DNA of 64,000 nt from Actinomycetales bacterium mxb001 (lineage in GTDB: Bacteria > Actinomycetota > Actinomycetes > S36-B12): contig NBNH01000013.1 of assembly GCA_004379115.1 (NCBI GenBank), positions 4,136 through 68,135 on the forward strand, read 5' to 3'. Below, one piece after another: positions 60,328 through 64,000 of the stretch (its first letter is position 1; every line of letters begins with the position of its first letter). A model generated the notes under the pieces. The model did not search any database and had not been told where the DNA came from. It was given only the letters and a program-made list of their open reading frames with translations. Made by a program: the position numbers and the translations under genes.

Positions 60328-61233
60328 ATGCCGGTGCCACCCGTGGGACCCGTCGGGGCCGTGCTCACCGCGATGGTGACGCCGTTCGCCGCCGACGGCT
60401 CGCTCGACCTCGCGGGCGCGCAACGCCTGGCGGCCTATCTCGTCGACGATCTCGGCAATGACGGTCTCCTCGTCAACGGCACGACAGGTGAGGCCCCGAC
60501 GACGACCGATGACGAGAAGGCCCAGGTGATTCGGGCCGTCAAGGAGGCCGTCGGCGATCGGGCGAGTGTTATGGCGGGCGTCGGCACCTATGACACGGCT
60601 CACTCGGTGCACCTGGCCCGCGAGGCGGCGAATGCCGGGGCCGACAGCTTGCTCGTCGTCTCGCCCTACTACAGCAGGCCACCCCAGGAGGGCTTGCTCC
60701 ACCACTTCCGCGCGGTGGCTGACGCGACCGACCTGCCCGTGACCCTCTACGACATCCCCAAGCGCACAGGCGTCGCGATCGAGGTCGAGACGCTCGTCCG
60801 TCTCTCCGAGCACCCGCGCATCGTGGCCAACAAGGACGCCAAGGGCGACCTCGAGGCCGCCCAGTGGGCCATGGCTCGATGCGACCTGGGCTGGTATTCC
60901 GGCGACGACATGCTCAACCTGCCGCTCCTATCCGTGGGGGCCAATGGCTTCATCTCCGTCGTCGGCCACCTCGTCGCCGACCGGCTGCGCCAGCTCATCA
61001 CGGCGTTCTACTCCGGCGATGTGTGCGAGGCGGTCGGCATCAATCGCTCGCTGCTGCCCGTCTACACCGGGATCTTCCGCACGCAGGGGGCGATCCTCAC
61101 CAAGGCCGCGCTCAACCTGCAGGGCCTGCCTGCCGGCCCGATGCGCTCGCCGCTCATCGATGCCACGGCTGATCAGATCGAGCAGTTGGAACGCGATCTG
61201 CGTGCCGGTGGCGTCCGCCTGGATCGCCCGTGA
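60328..61233 (+). CDS. dapA: 4-hydroxy-tetrahydrodipicolinate synthase
   Basis: 301 aa. Motifs VNGTTGEAPT and YYSRP, with the Schiff-base Lys in VANKDAKGD. Confidence 0.9.
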   Translation: MPVPPVGPVGAVLTAMVTPFAADGSLDLAGAQRLAAYLVDDLGNDGLLVNGTTGEAPTTTDDEKAQVIRAVKEAVGDRASVMAGVGTYDTAHSVHLAREAANAGADSLLVVSPYYSRPPQEGLLHHFRAVADATDLPVTLYDIPKRTGVAIEVETLVRLSEHPRIVANKDAKGDLEAAQWAMARCDLGWYSGDDMLNLPLLSVGANGFISVVGHLVADRLRQLITAFYSGDVCEAVGINRSLLPVYTGIFRTQGAILTKAALNLQGLPAGPMRSPLIDATADQIEQLERDLRAGGVRLDRP

Positions 61234-62915
61234 GCCACCCGCACCCCGAACTCCCCGCGCCGCCACCGCTCGCCCCGGGGGCCCTGCGCGTCTTTGCGCT
61301 CGGCGGCCTGGGGGAGATCGGCCGCAACATGACGGTCTTCGAGTACGACGGCCGCCTGCTCATCGTCGATTGCGGGGTGCTCTTCCCCGAGGACTCGCAG
61401 CCGGGAGTCGACCTGATCCTCCCGGACTTCGGGCCGATCATGGATCGCCTGGGTGACATCGAGGCCGTCGTACTCACTCATGGCCATGAGGATCACATCG
61501 GCGCCCTGCCGTTCCTGCTGCGCGAACGCGCCGACATTCCGCTGATCGGATCGCGGCTGACCCTGGCGCTTGTCGAGGCCAAGCTCCGCGAGTCGCGGAT
61601 CACGCCCTACACGCTCGAAGTGCGCGAGGGCCAGCGCGAGCGCGTGGGTCCGTTCGACCTGGAGTTCCTCGCCGTCAACCACTCGATTCCCGACGCCTTG
61701 GCGTTGGCCGTGCGCACACCGGCGGGCCTGGTGCTGCACACGGGTGACTTCAAGGTCGATCAGCTGCCCCTCGATGGCCGCATCACCGACCTCAATGGCT
61801 TCGCCCGACTCGGAGACGAAGGAGTCGACCTCTTCTTAGTCGACTCCACCAACGCCGAGGTGCCCGGCTTCATCCCGAGCGAGCGCGACATCCTGCCGGT
61901 GCTCGACTCGGTGTTCTCACGGGCCCGCGGCCGCATCATCGTCGCGTCCTTCGCCTCGCATATCCATCGCGTGCAGCAGGTCATCGACACGGCAGCAGCG
62001 CACGGTCGCAAAGTGGCCTTCGTCGGGCGGTCGATGGTGCGCAATATGAACGTCGCGCGGGACCTGGGCTACCTCACCATTCCGGCGGGCGTGGTCGTCT
62101 CGACTGACGAGCTCGCTGAACTTCCCGATGACGAGGCGGTGATGGTCTGCACCGGCTCCCAGGGGGAGCCCATGGCCGTGCTGTCGCGAATCTCCAACAA
62201 CGACCACAACATCAAGATCGGCCCCGACGACACGGTGATCCTCGCGTCGTCGCTGATCCCGGGCAATGAAAACGCGGTCAACCGAGTCATCAACGGCCTC
62301 ACTCGGTCGGGGGCCACCGTTATCCATCGTGGCAACGCCCTCGTCCACGTGTCGGGGCACGCGTCCGCCGGCGAGCTCCTCTGGGTCTACAACATCGTCA
62401 AGCCGCGCAATGTCATGCCCGTGCACGGTGAGTGGCGGCATATGCGTGCCAACGCCGCACTCGCCGCTCGCACCGGTGTGCCGACCGAGCGCATCGTCCT
62501 GGCCGAAGACGGCGTCGTCGTCGATCTGGCCGACGGGGTGGCCTCCATCGTGGGGGCAGTGCCGGTGGGCTACGTCTTCGTCGACGGGGCGAGCGTCGGT
62601 GACATCACCGAGGCCGCGCTCACTGATCGTCGCGTGCTCGGCGAGGAAGGCTTCATCTCGATCTTCGCGGCCGTCGACATCATCGAGGGCAAGGTCGTCG
62701 CCGGCCCCGAGATCGAAGCGCGGGGCTTCCACGAGGACCCCGAGGTCCTCAAGCCGGTCCGCGACGAGGTGCGTCGCGAGCTCGAGCAGGCCCTGGCCGA
62801 TGGGGTGGTCGATGCCCGCCAACTCCAGCAGCGGGTTCGCCGGGTTGTTGGCCGCTGGGTCTCCCAGACCCACCGGCGCCGGCCCATGATCATCCCCGTG
62901 GTGGTGGAGGCCTAG
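61230..62915 (+). CDS. rnj: ribonuclease J
   Basis: 561 aa. Metallo-beta-lactamase/beta-CASP protein with VLTHGHEDHIGALPF. GTG start overlaps the dapA stop (GTGA). Confidence 0.9.
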   Translation: MSHPHPELPAPPPLAPGALRVFALGGLGEIGRNMTVFEYDGRLLIVDCGVLFPEDSQPGVDLILPDFGPIMDRLGDIEAVVLTHGHEDHIGALPFLLRERADIPLIGSRLTLALVEAKLRESRITPYTLEVREGQRERVGPFDLEFLAVNHSIPDALALAVRTPAGLVLHTGDFKVDQLPLDGRITDLNGFARLGDEGVDLFLVDSTNAEVPGFIPSERDILPVLDSVFSRARGRIIVASFASHIHRVQQVIDTAAAHGRKVAFVGRSMVRNMNVARDLGYLTIPAGVVVSTDELAELPDDEAVMVCTGSQGEPMAVLSRISNNDHNIKIGPDDTVILASSLIPGNENAVNRVINGLTRSGATVIHRGNALVHVSGHASAGELLWVYNIVKPRNVMPVHGEWRHMRANAALAARTGVPTERIVLAEDGVVVDLADGVASIVGAVPVGYVFVDGASVGDITEAALTDRRVLGEEGFISIFAAVDIIEGKVVAGPEIEARGFHEDPEVLKPVRDEVRRELEQALADGVVDARQLQQRVRRVVGRWVSQTHRRRPMIIPVVVEA

Positions 62916-62978
62916 GAAGCGACACGCGTGCCGCGTGTGACCCACGGTGAACGTGTTACTGGAGGGTACCCTCGGGAC

Positions 62979-64000
62979 ATGGCGAGTCGTTCCAGCGCGC
63001 CCACGCGCAGCAGCAGTCGTAGCGCCGCTCGTCCCGCCCCCAAGGCCAAGCCCAAGGCCAAGCCGGCCGCCCGGTCGGGTTCCAAGCCCCCCGCCCGCAG
63101 CGCCAGCTCCCGCCGCCCGGCCCCCCGCTCCGGCCCGGGACCCCTGGCCCGGTTCATCGCCGCCGTCGGTCGCGGCCTTCGCGCCCTGTGGCTCGGCATT
63201 GCCGGCGCGATCGGGGGAGCGGCCCGGCGGGTCGGCACCGATGCTCGCGAACTTGACGATGTCCATCGCCGCGACGGACTCGGACTCCTCTTCGTGGCCC
63301 TGGCCGTCATCGTCGCGGCCGCCGTCTGGTTCGGCGTCGACGGCTGGTTCACCGTCGGCCTGGGCACGGTCTCGTCGTACCTCGTGGGGGCATTCGACCT
63401 TCTCGTCCCGATCATCTTGCTCGTCATGGCCTGGCGAACGCTGCGAGCACCCGAAGACCACGTGACCAACGGACGCCTTCTCGTCGGTGGTCTCGCCCTG
63501 CTCATCGCCGCCGCCGGTATTTGGCACCTCGTCCAGGGACTGCCCACTCCCAGTGACGGGCTCGACGCCCTGTCGTCGGGTGCGGGCATCGTCGGCTGGG
63601 TGGCAACCGCGCCCATCGCCGCTGCGCTCGGGCCGATTGTCGCGGGTGTCCTGCTTGGCTTGCTTGCCATCTTCGGACTGCTCGTCATCACCGGCACCCC
63701 GCTCATCGCAGTTCCCCGCGCACTGAAGACCGGCCTTGCACACGTCATGCGCAGTGGTTCGGGGCGACCGGTCGACGAGCACCTCGATGAGCTCGATGCC
63801 TACGAGGCCGATCTACCCGACGGCTTCGTCGTCGACCCCGTGGCCGAGGAGGAGTTCCTCGTCTCTGCGAGCGAGCCCGATCCCGAACCACTGCCCACGG
63901 CAGCCGCGGCGCGCGAGATCCTCGCCGTAGCGCGCTTTGACGATCCGGTGCCCGCAGCCGCCGCCGAACCCGAGCGCGATGCAACCCAGGAGATCCCCAT
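62979..64000 (+). CDS. ftsK: DNA translocase FtsK, N-terminal part (runs off the window)
   Basis: The frame is open from the ATG at 62979 to the window end, so it is absent from the ORF track. Basic Ser/Ala/Pro/Lys N-tail, four hydrophobic helices (LGLLFVALAVIVAAAVW, LLVPIILLVMAW, LLVGGLALLIAAAGIW, VLLGLLAIFGLLVITG), then an acidic linker. Conserved position after rnj. The motor domain is not in the window. Confidence 0.65.
   Translation, partial: MASRSSAPTRSSSRSAARPAPKAKPKAKPAARSGSKPPARSASSRRPAPRSGPGPLARFIAAVGRGLRALWLGIAGAIGGAARRVGTDARELDDVHRRDGLGLLFVALAVIVAAAVWFGVDGWFTVGLGTVSSYLVGAFDLLVPIILLVMAWRTLRAPEDHVTNGRLLVGGLALLIAAAGIWHLVQGLPTPSDGLDALSSGAGIVGWVATAPIAAALGPIVAGVLLGLLAIFGLLVITGTPLIAVPRALKTGLAHVMRSGSGRPVDEHLDELDAYEADLPDGFVVDPVAEEEFLVSASEPDPEPLPTAAAAREILAVARFDDPVPAAAAEPERDATQEIP

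Noticed and set aside
61917-63782. 621-aa minus-strand ORF (and 62912..63748, 278 aa).
   Set aside because: They are antisense to rnj and the ftsK N-terminus and have no motifs. The plus-strand genes fit conserved synteny (dapA-rnj-ftsK).

Overview
Very GC-rich, densely coding chromosomal segment of an Actinomycetota-type genome (GC not computed; strong GC3 bias is visible by eye). I call 58 CDS. I saw no rRNA, tRNA, CRISPR array, transposase, integrase or transcription-factor gene. The layout is as follows. (i) 0-4.8 kb holds a reductive pyrimidine-catabolism operon: beta-ureidopropionase, dihydropyrimidinase, mmsA and an LLM-class oxidoreductase. (ii) 5-17 kb holds polyamine/agmatine uptake and breakdown: an aminoaldehyde dehydrogenase, potDABC, a DAO-type FAD oxidoreductase, agmatinase, a saccharopine-dehydrogenase-fold gene, and gabT with a co-transcribed DUF2252 gene. 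(iii) 17-32 kb is conserved housekeeping backbone: dxr, an M50 protease, ispG, proS, and rimP-nusA-ylxR-infB-DUF503-rbfA-truB. (iv) 32.2-46.2 kb is an accessory cell-envelope glycopolymer locus sitting between truB and ribF. It contains glycosyltransferases, UDP-GlcNAc 2-epimerase, a nucleotide-sugar dehydrogenase, a TagGH/Wzm-Wzt-like ABC exporter and three consecutive sulfotransferase-fold genes. (v) 46-64 kb returns to backbone: ribF-rpsO-pnp, an M16 peptidase, a secreted hydrolase-like gene, dapB, a glpD-azlCD block, an FAD-linked oxidase, thyX-dapA-rnj and the 5' part of ftsK. The best candidate for something undescribed is the predicted sulfated, N-acetylhexosaminuronic-acid-containing wall polymer system, including a sulfotransferase-like paralogue pair, a tandem double glycosyltransferase, a coiled-coil protein of unknown function and an ABC-2 permease with no canonical start codon. 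Limits: no database search or computation was run, and all family calls rest on motif recognition. Start codons were placed by residue counting within the supplied ORF track. Many long track ORFs are antisense shadow ORFs, as is typical of high-GC DNA, and were rejected.
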